This document shows, piece by piece, positions 27,401 through 41,781 of a stretch of 64,000 bases of DNA. A program made the translations under genes and the position numbers. The stretch covers positions 368,342,001-368,406,000 of the forward strand of contig OZ024740.1 in assembly GCA_964016885.1 (NCBI GenBank), in the 5' to 3' direction. The notes below the pieces were generated by a model. The model did no database searches, was not told the DNA's origin, and worked only from the letters and a program-made list of their open reading frames with translations. Every line of letters begins with the position of its first letter. Positions within the stretch are counted from its first letter, which is position 1. The stretch comes from Eledone cirrhosa (Eukaryota).

Positions 27401-28813
27401 ACCAACATGCAATAGCAGCAAGAGTTCACACGAAGCTCTGGTTCTCAAAAAATGTTGCTTCATTGTTTGAGATGAGTGCACAATGGCACACACGGGTTCC
27501 CTTGAGGCATTGGACAGGGCCCTGAAAAACATTAGGTATTCTACGGCTCCTACGGGTGGCGTAACCCTTCTGCTATCAGGTGATTTTCGGCAAACACTGC
27601 CTGTCATCCCCAAAGGGACAAGAGCTAATGAAGTGCGTGCCTGCCTTAAGCGTCCATGTTGTGGCTCCATGTGAAGAGTTTGTACCTGAGCATAAATATG
27701 CGTGCTTATTTGCATGGTGACAACATGTCTGCAGCATTTGCTCAGAATATTTTAGCACTTGGTGAGGCGAAGGCCCCTGCAGATGACAAGGGCGGCATGG
27801 CAATCGACTCCCTGTGCAACATTGTGAGCAGTCCTTCTGACCTTGGGAAGCAGTTTTTCCTAATGTCTCATCTAATTATAAAAACCTCGATTGGCTCAGC
27901 GAAAGAGCCATCCTTGCTCCGAAAAATACCATGGTTAATTTTATTAACAAGCAGCTGATTGAGAAGATTCCCGGTAAAGAACACATCTTCACATCTATCG
28001 ACCGGACGTCACACCCCGACGATATCGTTAACAATCCGGTTGAGTTATTAAATTCCCTTGAGCCCCCAGAGCTCCCACCTCACATTCTTAACCTTCGCGT
28101 TGGCTGTCCCATTATGCTAATAAGGAACTTGCGTCCACAAAAGCAATGCAACGGTACTCGCATGGTCGTCAAGTCACTGACGCCGCACTTGATTGAGGCC
28201 ACCATTGAAATGGGGTGCGGGAGAGGGGAGAATGTTTTCATTCCAAGGATGAACCTTTTCCCCGCGGCGTCAGATATCCCGTTCGATTTCCGGCGATCCC
28301 AATTCCCATGTTTTGCCATGTCCATTAATAAGTCACAAGGGCAAACATTGTCAGTGGCGGGCATCCATTTGGGGGAGCCATGCTTCTCCCATGGCCAACT
28401 TTATAATGCCTGTTCCCGCGTAAGGAGCAGGAATGGACTTTTTGCTTACACTCCTGAAGGAATGACACGCAATATCGTCTACAAAGAGGTGTTATAGATG
28501 TTGGAGCAGGTGTTGGAGGTGTTGGAGCTAGGCCGTCTGGAAAACTGGTAGGGTCACCCATAGCGGACATATCTGACACTCAGCGGCATCAATGCCACCA
28601 TCTTGCAACTTTGGTCTACTAAATTCGCTATTGGAAGATTATTAACCCATCATTGATTGTCCAAAATGCTAATTGCTTCGTAAATATTAATAACCGTTTC
28701 AACTGCTTTATGCACTTAATTGATAAGCTTATGCGCTTTCAAGCTTCGTTTACCTGTATGTAACTTTTCATAGCAAATGAACTAACCCGAGCAACGCTCG
28801 GCTAAACTGCTAG
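24412..28813 (+). mobile_element. Helitron (rolling-circle transposon), decayed
   Basis: 5' TC (TCTCTATATATATAAAA) follows an A. The 3' hairpin CCGAGC-AAC-GCTCGG is followed by CTAG and then T. No TSD. Rep and helicase remnants lie inside. Confidence 0.93.
25580..28497 (+). pseudogene. Helitron RepHel (HUH Rep + PIF1-family helicase) with multiple frameshifts and stops
   Basis: RHDLIARVF, EWQKRGLPHAQILIW, IKYICKYVNKG, GRYISSNEAFWR, FLDAPEGTGKT, LLSGDFRQTLPV, LIRNL...CNGTR, FAMSINKSQGQTL, FSHGQLY...SRV. Confidence 0.93.
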
Positions 28814-29049
28814 TTATTTATAAAACGCATTTTGTATTGTATCTAATGAAAGCGCACCAACATTTGCTTGGTCGCCCTTGAAATATATATAATAAAATAA
28901 ATACTGTTTTATAAATATAGTTTGCATTTATTATTATCTTAGAATATTTACTCCAGTAACTTGTTGAGTGCTCTATATCAGTTATAGAGATTTATGATTG
29001 TCGGAATTCCAACAAATTAAATACAACTCTTGCACATATATATATATAT

Positions 29050-29412
29050 AAAATGAAGAATTAGAAATAGAAGTTAGGAGTATCCATCATCAGTTGTCTA
29101 CTAGGCTCAGAGGTATTTCTTCGCATTATGGACAATATACTTCCGTCTAGGGCGATACAATAACTAAAATAAATTATTGGGATAAAAAGAGTTGGGTGGA
29201 GAAAGAGAAAGACATACGTTGCCTCACCATTTGTGTCTGTTGACATGTTTTTCTCTTTCTCCACCCAACTCTTTTTATCCCAATAATTTATTTTAGTTAT
29301 TGTATCGCTCTAGACGGAAGTATATTGTCCATAATGCGAAGAAATACATATGATGCCTAGTAGACAACTGATGATGGACATTCCTAACTTCTATTTCTAA
29401 TTCTTCATTTTT
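29050..29412. repeat. Fold-back inverted repeat (~150-bp arms)
   Basis: AAATGAAGAATTAGAAATAGAAGTTAGG...AGAGTTGGGTGGAGAAAGAGAAA / TTTCTCTTTCTCCACCCAACTCT...CCTAACTTCTATTTCTAATTCTTCATTT. Confidence 0.85.
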
Positions 29413-29477
29413 TATACATAAATGCAACAACACAGCTCGCTATTTTTGATTTATATATATATATATATATGTATATA

Positions 29478-29529
29478 TAAATATGTATGTATACGTACAT
29501 ACATATATGTATACAGACGTACAGTAGCA

Positions 29530-29599
<70 letters not shown>

Positions 29600-30001
29600 T
29601 CCACATACATATATGCACGCATCAGTTTAGCGGACGCTTATTATAACGCCGCTTTGTTCGTTTGTAAACAAACTGAACAGCCTGAATTTATGCCATACGG
29701 TGTTAAGGCAACCACGTCACCCTTTTGTTCAACACTGACACAGGAACGATGTACTAGTTTCAAGCTTGTTAGCTATCATCAGCACCGTATACCCATCTGC
29801 CAGATAGTTGAACGTTCGAAAGTATATACTTTCCTTATGAAAATTAACGGCTGAGCAGCCTAATTTGCTTATTGAGTGAGTTAAATCGGTCATGCATACC
29901 GTTTCAACCTATCGTTTTCGGTATGCCTGACCGATTTAACTCACTCAATATGCAAATTAGCGTCCGCTAAACTGATGCGTGCATATATGTATGTGTACCA
30001 G

Positions 30002-30069
<68 letters not shown>

Positions 30070-30498
30070 TGCTACTGTACGTCTGTATACATATATGTAT
30101 GTACGTATACATACATACTTACATTTAAGTAAGTGCCACACTAAGAGTGAGAAATGAAATTTCGTTTTCATTTTATTTCAACCTATCGTTTTCGGTATGC
30201 CTGACCGATTTAACTCACTCAATATGCAAATTAGGCTGCTCAGCCGTTAAATTTCATAAGGAAAGTATATACTTTCGAACGTTCAACTATCTGGCAGATG
30301 GGTATACGGTGCTGATGATAGCTAACAAGCTTGAAACTAGTACATCGTTCCTGTGTCAGTGTTGAACAAAAAGGTGACGTGGTTGCCTTAACACCGTATG
30401 GCATAAATTCAGTCTGTTCAGTTTGTTTACAAACGAACAAAGCGGCGTTATAATAAGCGTCCGCTAAACTGATGCGTGCATATATGTATGTGTACCTG

Positions 30499-30534
<36 letters not shown>

Positions 30535-30652
30535 TGCTACTGTACGTATGTATACATATATGTATATGTATGTACGTATACATACATACTTACATTTAAG
30601 TAAGTGCCATACTAAGAGTGAAAAATGAAGTTTCGTTTTCATTTTATTTCAA

Positions 30653-30655
<3 letters not shown>
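29478..30655 (+). mobile_element. Non-coding hammerhead element: inverted copy + internally deleted copy + full ~470-bp unit
   Basis: Unit start TTCAACCTA occurs at ~29903, ~30177 and ~30648. Segment 29478-29900 is the reverse complement of the unit. HHR at 30306-30348 (+) and 29746-29788 (-). Confidence 0.8.
30306..30348 (+). ncRNA. Type I hammerhead ribozyme, intact core
   Basis: ACGGTG-CTGATGA-T AGCT AACA AGCT T-GAAA-CTAG-TA-CATCGT. Stem I is extended by CTGGCA/TGTCAG and TTCAAC/GTTGAA. Confidence 0.85.
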
Positions 30656-30720
<65 letters not shown>

Positions 30721-30986
30721 ACATACAATGTTCGGAGGATACAGTTCTCTATTGATAAGGCTGCGATACATATTTCGAGGACAAAACTGGTTACGAAATT
30801 AGAGAGTAGAAGCTAGTGCCATGCACTCCTCCAACAGCGTCTTACAAAATAAAGTTAGAATCAAGGAGGTAATCCGAATTGATAAGGGAACGCAAGGGAA
30901 TGGAAAAACACCGATGTTTATTAATTGAATGTCCGTTCCCCTGTGAACTTCAATTGATGCCAACAGGTCTGCGCATGCGTAAAAAG

Positions 30987-31071
<85 letters not shown>

Positions 31072-31691
31072 TATATAACTGATTACTATTATAAACCATA
31101 GCAAATTATGTAGGGACGATCAGCCCCTTCCCTCTCTTAGTAGTAGTAGTAGAGAGGCAGTCAGCCTACCCCGAATCCATCTGATATCGTGCTGGCCGAA
31201 GACCAAAATGCCGTAGTAAAGGGATATTATGAGTTCTACTTGCTTTTATACTTCCCATATTTCTGCCTCATTTCGATCCTAATGGAAGTTAAAATTAATA
31301 ATCACCGAAATTAAAAGTTTTCATTTGTAGTAAATTAAGGCATATAAGGTATAGAATTCGATAACTTAGACGAAAACAATATAAATCTATATCTATGCCT
31401 CCCCTCCTCCTCTCTCTCTCTCTTTCTCTCTCTATATATATCTCTCTATCTATCTTTCTCTTTCTATCTGTCTATCTATCTCTCTCTCTATATATATATA
31501 TGTATATCTCTTTTTATATACAGTATATGTGTATATATATATAAATATATGTATATAAATATATATATATGTATAAATGTGTGTGTGTGTGCATATATAT
31601 ATATATAATATATATATAAATATAGGACTACCCTAAGTATTGAATACTCTGGTGCGTTACGGTCGATCTGGTACCTTACCACAATTCCTTC

Positions 31692-31771
<80 letters not shown>

Positions 31772-31889
31772 GAGAGAGGGGGGGAGAAAGAGAGAGAGTG
31801 AGAGAGAGAGATAGAGAGACTGTGAGTTAGAGAGGCAAAATAAAGTGAATATGAAATTTGACTTGTTTCTATGTTTAATAAATATCTAA

Positions 31890-31998
31890 GTTCAAATCCC
31901 GCCGAGGTTATCTTTGCCTTTCATCCTTACGGGGTCGATAAAATAAAGTACCAATAATGCACTGGAATAATTGCTGGCCTTGTGCCAAAAGTAGAAAC
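31890..31998 (+). mobile_element. tRNA-derived SINE fragment (octopus-type; central region resembles the Meta-SINE domain)
   Basis: B-box-like GTTCAAATCC followed by GCCTTTCATCCTTACGGGGTCGATAAAATAAAGTACC...GCTGGCCTTGTGCCAAAAGTAGAAAC; many copies in the window. Confidence 0.8.
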
Positions 31999-32424
31999 AT
32001 TTATTGTACTTCAGCATTATACACAAATCTTTATGAAATGATGAACAAGTTTGTAATTGATTATACACTGGCATAAACAAATTGATATCCATTATATTTT
32101 TTTCCTGTATATGATATCAAATTGTGAGCCTGGGTATCATTAACAGACCGAGATCGATATTGTCAAGAATGAGGAATTCTTACAATAGCGTTTTAAGAAG
32201 AGTAATGTCTATGTTTGGCATATTAACGCGTAAATTCGAAATTGAATGCTCCCAGATTTACTGCAGTGTAGAACAGGAACCCTCGTGAGCATGTTGTGTA
32301 TTAACAAAATACAATGACGTTTACATAAATATTAACAGTGAAATATGAATGTGTGTAGTTTTGGGAGAACTTTTAGAAACTCGGACAAAATCCATTAGAG
32401 CATCTAAAAGGCAATTGATGATTT

Positions 32425-32570
32425 GAGTTCAAATAATGCCGAAGACAATTTGCCATTCACCCTTTTAGTTGTCAATAAAATCAATCCACAAATCAATTAT
32501 TGGGGTCGATCTAATCAACTTTATCCTCCCTCAAATTACTGGTCTCATGTAAAAAATAGAAATCATTATT
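32425..32570 (+). mobile_element. Diverged SINE copy
   Basis: GAGTTCAAAT...TTTGCCATTCACCCTTT...GTCAATAAAAT...GGGGTCGAT...TAGAAATCATTATT. Confidence 0.55.
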
Positions 32571-32972
32571 ATGATTTATCTACTTTAGATGTTTCACGAG
32601 ATGAAATATTTTCTATTCAATAATCATGTATTCCAAAATCAGAGGTTAACTTCAAGTTCTTTTATTTCCTTCGTACATTAAAAAAATATATTTAATACTT
32701 TGAACATATATTTGTAAACGGGTGTTATTTATAGTAAAATGAAAAGGGCTCATTATCAAAAATAGGTGAAAAGCAATTTTTTATCTTACCGCATCACTCC
32801 ATAATTTGATTGAATCAAAACGTCACGTACCATTACATATGGGGAAAGAAATGTTTTAAACGCTAACTTGATTTCATTAGCAATGTATTACATATTTGTT
32901 TGATTTTCGTATGAATCCAGGCAAAATCCATACTATTTCACACAAATACACACACACGCACACACATATATA

Positions 32973-33037
<65 letters not shown>

Positions 33038-33100
33038 AAATTTGAACGGGAACAAAACAGAGAGGCAGTACGAACAAAAGTTTATTAGTTTCACGCTCTT

Positions 33101-33183
<83 letters not shown>

Positions 33184-33224
33184 ACACGCACATACATATA
33201 TATGTGTAGCGGTGTGAATGTATG

Positions 33225-33256
<32 letters not shown>

Positions 33257-33545
33257 TAGATATTCATAGGAACGAAATGATATAATAATTGAACGTTTAT
33301 GCTTTAGAATATTCAATCCGAATGTATATCAAATACATTGTTATATTACCAACAGGAACACCCTCAAACGTCTACGTGTCGAACAATATCGATGTAGAAT
33401 CCATGTATTCTCATCATTCCAGTTTGAAGGAACATATTTATCAATTTAATTCATTATTTATATACAAGTATGTAAGCATATATTTGCAAATACGGAGACA
33501 AACACACCAACACACACACAAACATAACACACACACACACACACA

Positions 33546-33635
<90 letters not shown>

Positions 33636-33849
33636 TAAGAGGAATTCCAACTTCGTCTGATTTACTCGTTTTATTTACAATCCTTTAAAATATATATAAT
33701 ATGGTATTATAATGAAATAGTATGATAGAATATTAAATTCTAAGTGTTAATTGAACAAGTACTTTCATTCTTTCGCAATCTTCAGGTTCATGATATGTGG
33801 TGACAGTCGAGTTTGCAATTTTCAACTGAAAAATTTTCAGTTGAAAACT

Positions 33850-33898
33850 GATTCCTGATGATTTCTAATGAATGAAACAGTTCTAGTCCTGTAGAATC
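33850..33898 (+). ncRNA. Type I hammerhead ribozyme, intact core (solo terminal-repeat-like fragment)
   Basis: GATTC-CTGATGA-TTTC TAAT GAAT-GAAA-CAG TTCTAGTC CTG-TA-GAATC, preceded by a 14-bp hairpin at 33819-33847. Confidence 0.75.
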
Positions 33899-33981
33899 TC
33901 ATCTATATTAAAACTTTTATACTCTGCTATGTATTGAGTACCTTACTTACTGTGGTTACCTCCGATTCAACCCGGAATAAC

Positions 33982-34020
<39 letters not shown>

Positions 34021-34231
34021 GTGTGAGGGAGGGTCTGTGTGTGTGTGTATGTGTGGGTTAAAAATACAAATATATATATATATGTTATATATATATTTGG
34101 TAGTTTCAGAATATCAGGTTAAGGGTGAAAGCAGCGATTCTTTGCTTAAACTTTTATCTGTTATTTTAATAAATATATATATTTCTTTATATTTATGTGT
34201 GTGTGTGTGCATATTTTTGTATTCTGTTTGC

Positions 34232-34295
<64 letters not shown>

Positions 34296-36449
34296 CTATA
34301 TATCAACACGTGTTTCACTTAGTATAGTGTACAAATTCATAGGGTGTGTGTAGTTATATGCAATATGTATTCAGGAATTTACTTAAACAGTGTGGACCAT
34401 ATTATATTATATACGTACATCTCCAGTTTACGGTCAAATAATGAAAGCTTGTGCTAAGAATATTTATATGGTGTTATTATTCAATTTCTTCCAAATAACT
34501 AATTTATATATCCAGAATATACATTTGAGATATTGATTTTGAGATTCCATTATAGAAACCATTTTTGCTCTGCTCATCATTCATTGACGCAACATCAGTT
34601 GGTTAGAAAACTATTTTCACGAAGTAAAATAAGGGATATATTACATGATTTCCTGTATTATTTTAAAGATATTCGTTTACCACTCACCTTGAAATTGTTC
34701 AAATAGTATTCCTCCTACACGATCACCTCGGTCGAATCGAACAGTGCCCTGAAAAAGAAAATATGTTTATAAAACGAGCCACTCGTTTATAATTCCATTT
34801 CAATACGTATTTCGTCATATAAAATCTCAAATATACAGAATGCCGCGTGGTAATATATATTCATGTTTTGAGATATTTGACAAGGACGGAAATGGACAAA
34901 TCCATAAATATCAATGTACAAAACAAAATAATAAATTGCATTCTCCCATGGAAAACATATATATTTTGTTTCCCACTATCTCTCTCTCCCCCTCTCAGTA
35001 TACAGACACACAGAGGCTAGCGCACGCACATATACACACATCCCTTCTCTCTTTCACACTTATACTCGCATACATATTTTTCTTCTTTCAATTCGATTTC
35101 ACTTTGAATTTCACGGATCACATTTTTCTATTCTTGATCTAGCATAATCGGGCAATAGTTTACCGATTCTGGCAAAAATAATCTGACAATAATATTCGTT
35201 TGGTAAAATCATTGGCGATAGGCCTGTAAATATGTAGTCTGTAGACTTTTAGATTCAGTTGATTGTACGATGATTCCGGTTATGTAAAGCAAGTAGTTAG
35301 AAATGACTTGCCTTCAAAATCAACATCGGTTGAGGAAAATGTGTGCTGTGAAATTATTTATCGGTTGATGGGTTCTCTGTTTACGAAGTTGCATGTTAAA
35401 ATCAGAATAAAATCACTTCCTTATGGAAATGATATAAATGGAGGACGTTTTAAGTGTATAAAAGATATGGTAAAGTCGTAGGTGTATATGTGACTCCATT
35501 TCTGTCTCTTGAAAAATGTTTGTTGTTTGTCGCTATTTGTTATATGGCTATCAATCAGTTTGGAAATACGTCGCATTTCATGGGATATTCCATATGCATC
35601 TCACTGAGAAATATCAGAATGAGATTTTCAGAGTTCAGTAAGAATAATCCATCAATTATAAATAAATATATAATAGATAGTTCAGTACAAAAATTCGAGT
35701 GACATACGTAAAATCATGCAGAATCACAATGACTCATATATTGTTAATGATATACAGGTTTATGAAACTTTAATATGCATATTAACAGTGAAACTAATGA
35801 GGGATATATTTGATGCTTATAAGGTAAACGCAAGAGACTCCTCACCAATGTTATGATGTATAAGTGATGTGAAAATCCATGACACCATATATATCTATAT
35901 ACTTATATATATAGAAGTAGCAACACAACAGATAGTTCACCATACCGAGAACAATTGTTTCACCTACCGGATCTTAAATATAGAAATATATATATATATA
36001 TATATATATATAATCAGAAAATGCACACAATTACGTAACATGACAGACGCATCTCTCCCTCGTCAGCCCTTTGGTGGGATTGTATTACAGTGGTACTGCA
36101 CTTGTGAATCCAGTTTGCACTACAGACGAGTTAACCCGTTCATTGATGAGATGCATGCGAGGAGCTAACAAAACAAACAGAAGACAGGAAAACTTGTGGA
36201 TGTCTTCCGACAAAAGGATAGATACATACGTAACACAATTTGAGTAGAAAAAAAAAGGAACAACAGACATGGCATACAACTGTAGAAAAAGTACCACCAG
36301 TAGATTAAATTGAGAAACAAAAGGAGAAATAAAAAGACAGACATATTTGAAAGGAGAAAAAAAGTAATTTTTTTTGTGAGGGCGAAGCAGTAGGTGAAAA
36401 CGCTTATTTTAGGAATATATGTTTATTGTTCTTTCTTATTAATGGAAAT

Positions 36450-36556
36450 AATTGTTTCCACTTTTGGCACAAGGCCAGCAATTACTCAGTGCATTACTGC
36501 TACTTTATTTTATCGACCCCGTAAGAATGAAAGGCAAAGTTAACCTCGGCGGAATT
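36450..36556 (-). mobile_element. SINE fragment
   Basis: Reverse complement of 31890-31998. Confidence 0.8.
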
Positions 36557-36977
36557 AATGTAAAGAGATTCAACGTTTTTTGTTTCATATTTGAATACTC
36601 AGCTATTCCTCAAAGTACATATGGTAGTGCGTGTGTGTATGACGATTCTATGGATGGGTTGATATGAAAGAATTCGAGTGGCTTCTACAAATACCATCCA
36701 CATCCACATCCATATATACGATAAGATCCATACCTTCAAACACCCGCACGCATATAGACATGTATACATAACTATCGAGTTGATGTTGTCTAAAGTCCAA
36801 TAAAATATTCTTGTGTCTATGTTAGAAACCGACTCTTGCTGTATTGGTAAAAATGTATGACATTATGGAACCAGAAGAACATACATACACACATACATAC
36901 ATGCATATATATATATATATATATATACTTACATACGTACGTACTAATATATTTATATATATATATATATATATATA

Positions 36978-37520
<543 letters not shown>

Positions 37521-37540
37521 CTTGCCAATATATACTTACT

Positions 37541-37599
<59 letters not shown>

Positions 37600-37834
37600 G
37601 TGTAGGAGAGAGAATGTATTTGATTATATAATCGATGTAGGGATGCTTGAATTCTACTTTCCATTGACCTCCTCAGTCTTTTTATTCCGGCTATCGTCGT
37701 ATTTAATATTACATTCCTTTAAATCAATTATCAAATATGTTCCCCTTCCATAAACACATGCACATCAATAGACACCCTTAGAGCCAACGACTAACAAAGA
37801 CAAAATGGTACATACCGACAATCGTTATTTTCTT

Positions 37835-37946
37835 TTCAAATCCCGCCGAGGTTAACTTTGCCTTTCATCCTTACGGGGTCGATAAAAATAAAATACCAGT
37901 AATACACTGGTTAATTGATGGCTTCTTGCCAAAAGTAGAAACAATT
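37835..37946 (+). mobile_element. SINE fragment
   Basis: TTCAAATCCCGCCGAGGTTAACTTTGCCTTTCATCCTTACGGGGTCGATAAA. Confidence 0.8.
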
Positions 37947-39089
37947 ATTTTCTTTTAGTATGCTCTAAATTTAATGTTTCCTTACACTTCCAGGTTTCCA
38001 GGCTGTTGCTGCAGACACCATATGGCGTCACGAGGATGGATTGCCTATCCAATGTACACATTTTAGTTGATCTATCTCGCACCCCAACAATTTATTACGG
38101 TCCGTTTTTACATTATAGTACTTTCAATTTCCTTGATAAATATGGGTACACACACATATATAGAAATACATTCTATAGCTTTGCTATAACTATCCATTAA
38201 TGTGCATTAACGAGCATTTGTTTATTCATATATTCCTCAATGTGTTTATCCATTTCGGATTTACACATTTGTAGACTTCGGTTTGTTAATGTCTTTACGT
38301 TTTCTCATGCGCATATATATTTCTACAGCTGTTCAGATAAACCAGCTTGATCAATTCGCATATATTTAATTGAAATGGATTTCTATTATTATTTTAGTTT
38401 ACTTAATATAACTATAGTCTCTCCAAAAAATGTATACAGGCTATGAATATTGTCTGTATTAATTACGTCCTATTTAACACAGTTAAACAGCTCATCTAAT
38501 TGTCTGATTTTAATTGTCGTATAAACGGTTTGAACTGATACCGTTTTGTCTCCTTTGCTTCTTTCAATATTATTGGAACTAATGTTTTTACAATCTGTTT
38601 CTAGGAATTAATTTAGAATTAAAGTATTCCTAAAATGAACTTTATTTTTTAAATTTTAATTAAGCTTTCTTTTCCTGTACGATACACTCTCATACACCCT
38701 CAAAGTATGATGTAACATCATCCGCTGAGTGTAAAACTATTATAGGAATTTTAGGAATTGCATACGCATCTAATATAATACTCATCCGTTTAGCACGAAA
38801 ATGATATCCAAAATAATTATTAGGTTTTCCACAGATAATACAATAAGTACTGTGCATTGTGATCTCGTCCTCTCTCTATATCATTCAATCTACTTATTTG
38901 CTTTACCACATTTAAACATACTCATTTAGACGCCTCGATGCCCATTCCGATAAAGCAATGCCTTTTAATATATCAAGCTTTAGATTAATGTATATATATA
39001 TTTATCCTAATGTATCGTTCCACTGTGTTGATTTTGTGTTTGATTTTCAAATGCATACACACACTCCACACATACACACACACACATGT

Positions 39090-39136
<47 letters not shown>

Positions 39137-39138
<2 letters not shown>

Positions 39139-40495
39139 GAAAGGATGAATATAAAATGAAAGTGCTTTTTTTAAAAAGGAATTTATTAGGTATTGACATA
39201 TGTTTCTGTAACAGACGGAATACCTATGTATCGCTGCTTGCGAAAGCATATAATGTTAGCAAGTATTCGATAGCAAATGTATAATCAGTTGTCACTGCAA
39301 CTGTGTCCAACCAGGAATGTGTCCGTTGAACAATCAGTGTCTTGAACGCAACATCGTATACAAATGTACTATCGAATCGGATAGGCAGAAGTGGTACTAT
39401 GTGGGATCTACAGCCACCTCCTTCAAATCACGCTTTTATAGACATCCTTACTCGATAAAACATGAAAACCAGCGTTATGTAACAACACTCGCAGACAAGG
39501 CTTGGCAGCTGCGTGAAAATAACCAACAATTTCACATAAATGGGATATAATAGCGGCTGACCCCCCCCCCCCCCCCCCCCCCCCCCATATTCCCATGGAC
39601 AGGAATTTTGTAAATTATGTAATGTAGAATTATTTTGTATTATGAAATCTAAAAACATTTTATTAAATAACAGAATAGAGCGATCGTTATACTGTAACCA
39701 TCGCTTAAAATCTACATTTTCATATTATAAATACTACCAGGATTGAACGCCTGTCTCTATCTCCGTTTGATTGTCAAAATAGATATTAACATTCTTTATT
39801 AGTCTTAATTCTATCAACTCTTCTATTATTTACCTTTTAATATAAACTGCTATAGATAAAATGAGATTTCTGATTTCTTGATTCAATTCCCTAATGCATA
39901 TACCAGCTGGCTACTAGCATTGATGTTATTCAGTAGCAATCGAAATCTCCCCCTTCCCCAATTGACACTTTATAATTAATACTACTGCACCAAATGACCA
40001 GCCCTGTCCACTGTCCAATTGGTCAAGTAGAGATTCAAATTGGCACTCCCAAAATTCTTATTTAGATTTACTCATGGCATTCTCATTAGAAACCCATGAT
40101 ATAATTGTTTAGCAGTAAATTAATTTACCATTTGTCATATACTATCCCCTCTTTTTCTTCCTCTATTACTAATATAAATACTTCAATTTTTCTGATTTTA
40201 TCCAATTTATCCAAAATCTCCGAAGAAGTGACAACTGATTATACTTTTGCTATCGAATACTTGCTAACATTATATGACTACGCAAGCAGCGATACATAGG
40301 TATTCCGTCTGTTACAGAAACATATGTCAATACCTAATAAATTCCTTTTTAAAAAAAGCACTTTCATTTTATATTCATCCTTTCTACATTTTCTCCGGAA
40401 TATAATATATACTCGTTGAGCAAACCTGCACGTACGCTGTTCATCTCTAACGTAACGATATATTATCACTACATTATTGATAACCTGAAATTTTA
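39137..40495 (+). mobile_element. 5'-truncated Naiad-like PLE (relative of 20634-24183) with an inverted partial terminal repeat at its 5' end
   Basis: 39293-39735 encodes CNCVQPGMCPLNNQCLERNIVYKCTI...YYVGSTATSFKSR...CKLCNVE...LLN...CNHRLK. Segment 39137-39295 is the reverse complement of ~40227-40386. Degenerate long-stem HHR at ~40215-40330 (CCGAAGA...GAAA-CATATG-TC). Confidence 0.85.
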
Positions 40496-40525
40496 TATAT
40501 ACATATATGTATATATATATGTGTG

Positions 40526-40559
<34 letters not shown>

Positions 40560-41781
40560 AGTAGGTGTGTGTGAGTGTGCGTGTGCGATCGTGTCTGTAT
40601 GTATTCCTGTATGTATATATATTCTTTTCCAGGGCTTCCGGACGCTATACAATTATGTTTTGGTATGTATATATAATAATCTCGATGTAAATGTACAGAA
40701 TGTTTCATGTTTATTTTTAAACACTACTGTTTCACTGTAATTTTATACTGCCTTATATAAATTCAATGTACGGAAAACGTACTTGAAATTGCTTACTATA
40801 TGCATATACACAAAAATTAACTGCACAAAGCTTTATCAATTATTCTCACACGGCGGTTAATATGTAATAATTAATTGAATTTGATGAATTCCAATTGAAA
40901 TATATTATTTTGAAAAACCGCTACCGTTGATTGAATAATAGAAGTGAAATATTATGCATTTGAAACAAAACAATCAACATTTATCTATATCATTGATGAT
41001 AGGAGGTAAATTTTATAACTGATAATGATTAAAATAAAACCAAATACAAGACATGTGTATATCAACGCGCAACTTTCAAACCAATGCATTCAGATGATCG
41101 TGTTGAGACCTTTGACCACCTGCTTTCAGCTTGCAAAGTTTTAGCTCCACACTTATATAAAAGGAGGCGTGATACAATAGAGCAATATTTACAATATGTA
41201 ATATGCAGGTTTTATTGTATATAAACGAGGAAGAAATGATAAAACAATCTCCCTAAGCGGCAACAGGAGGCGATGATATGGCAAATATATGGGACTTTCC
41301 TGTGAACGCCGGAACAACCATCAAGGCCGGCAGTCCTCATATAATTGTAATAAAGTAATAAACTATGTGTACCTTATACTTTTGCTGAAAAATTAGGGAT
41401 GCAAATATATAAGTATACGCATGTAACTATACATATTCAAAATATTCATAATATTTTGTATTTCTACATTGTAATCTTTTTCTTTTTCAGGACAGAGTTG
41501 CGATACCGAATTACTATATTAATCACCTGAATATCATACAAATAATAGCATATTTACTAAGGTATTTTAACATTTGACTGACGTGAAATTGTATAGACGT
41601 CTTTAAAATATATGTTCTTTGAATATCAGGCGTTTCTCGTATAATACTGAGGGATGTTTGGAACTTTATTACTCATAGCGCAAAAGAAACGTTACCTAGT
41701 ATGATATGGCATATAGCGTATACAAGAATACGTTATGGTTATTGTACCTTAACACTTTTATGTGTAGCTATCAGAAATTAT

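Larger units (their letters stand above)
24203..28948. repeat. Fold-back element (arms 24203-24374 and 24375-24411 + 28814-28948) split by the Helitron
   Basis: Palindrome centred on CCGAATTCGG (24370-24379). The right arm resumes at 28814 as the reverse complement of 24203-24337. Confidence 0.85.

Noticed and set aside
29325-29385. CTGATGA in the 29050-29412 fold-back as a hammerhead
   Set aside because: There is no correctly placed GAAA/stem III; I could not assemble the three-way junction.
30745-30840. Possible decayed minus-strand hammerhead (GCTGT-TGGAGGA...GAAA-TATGTA-TC-GCAGC)
   Set aside because: Two core mismatches and a poor stem II; too degenerate to call.
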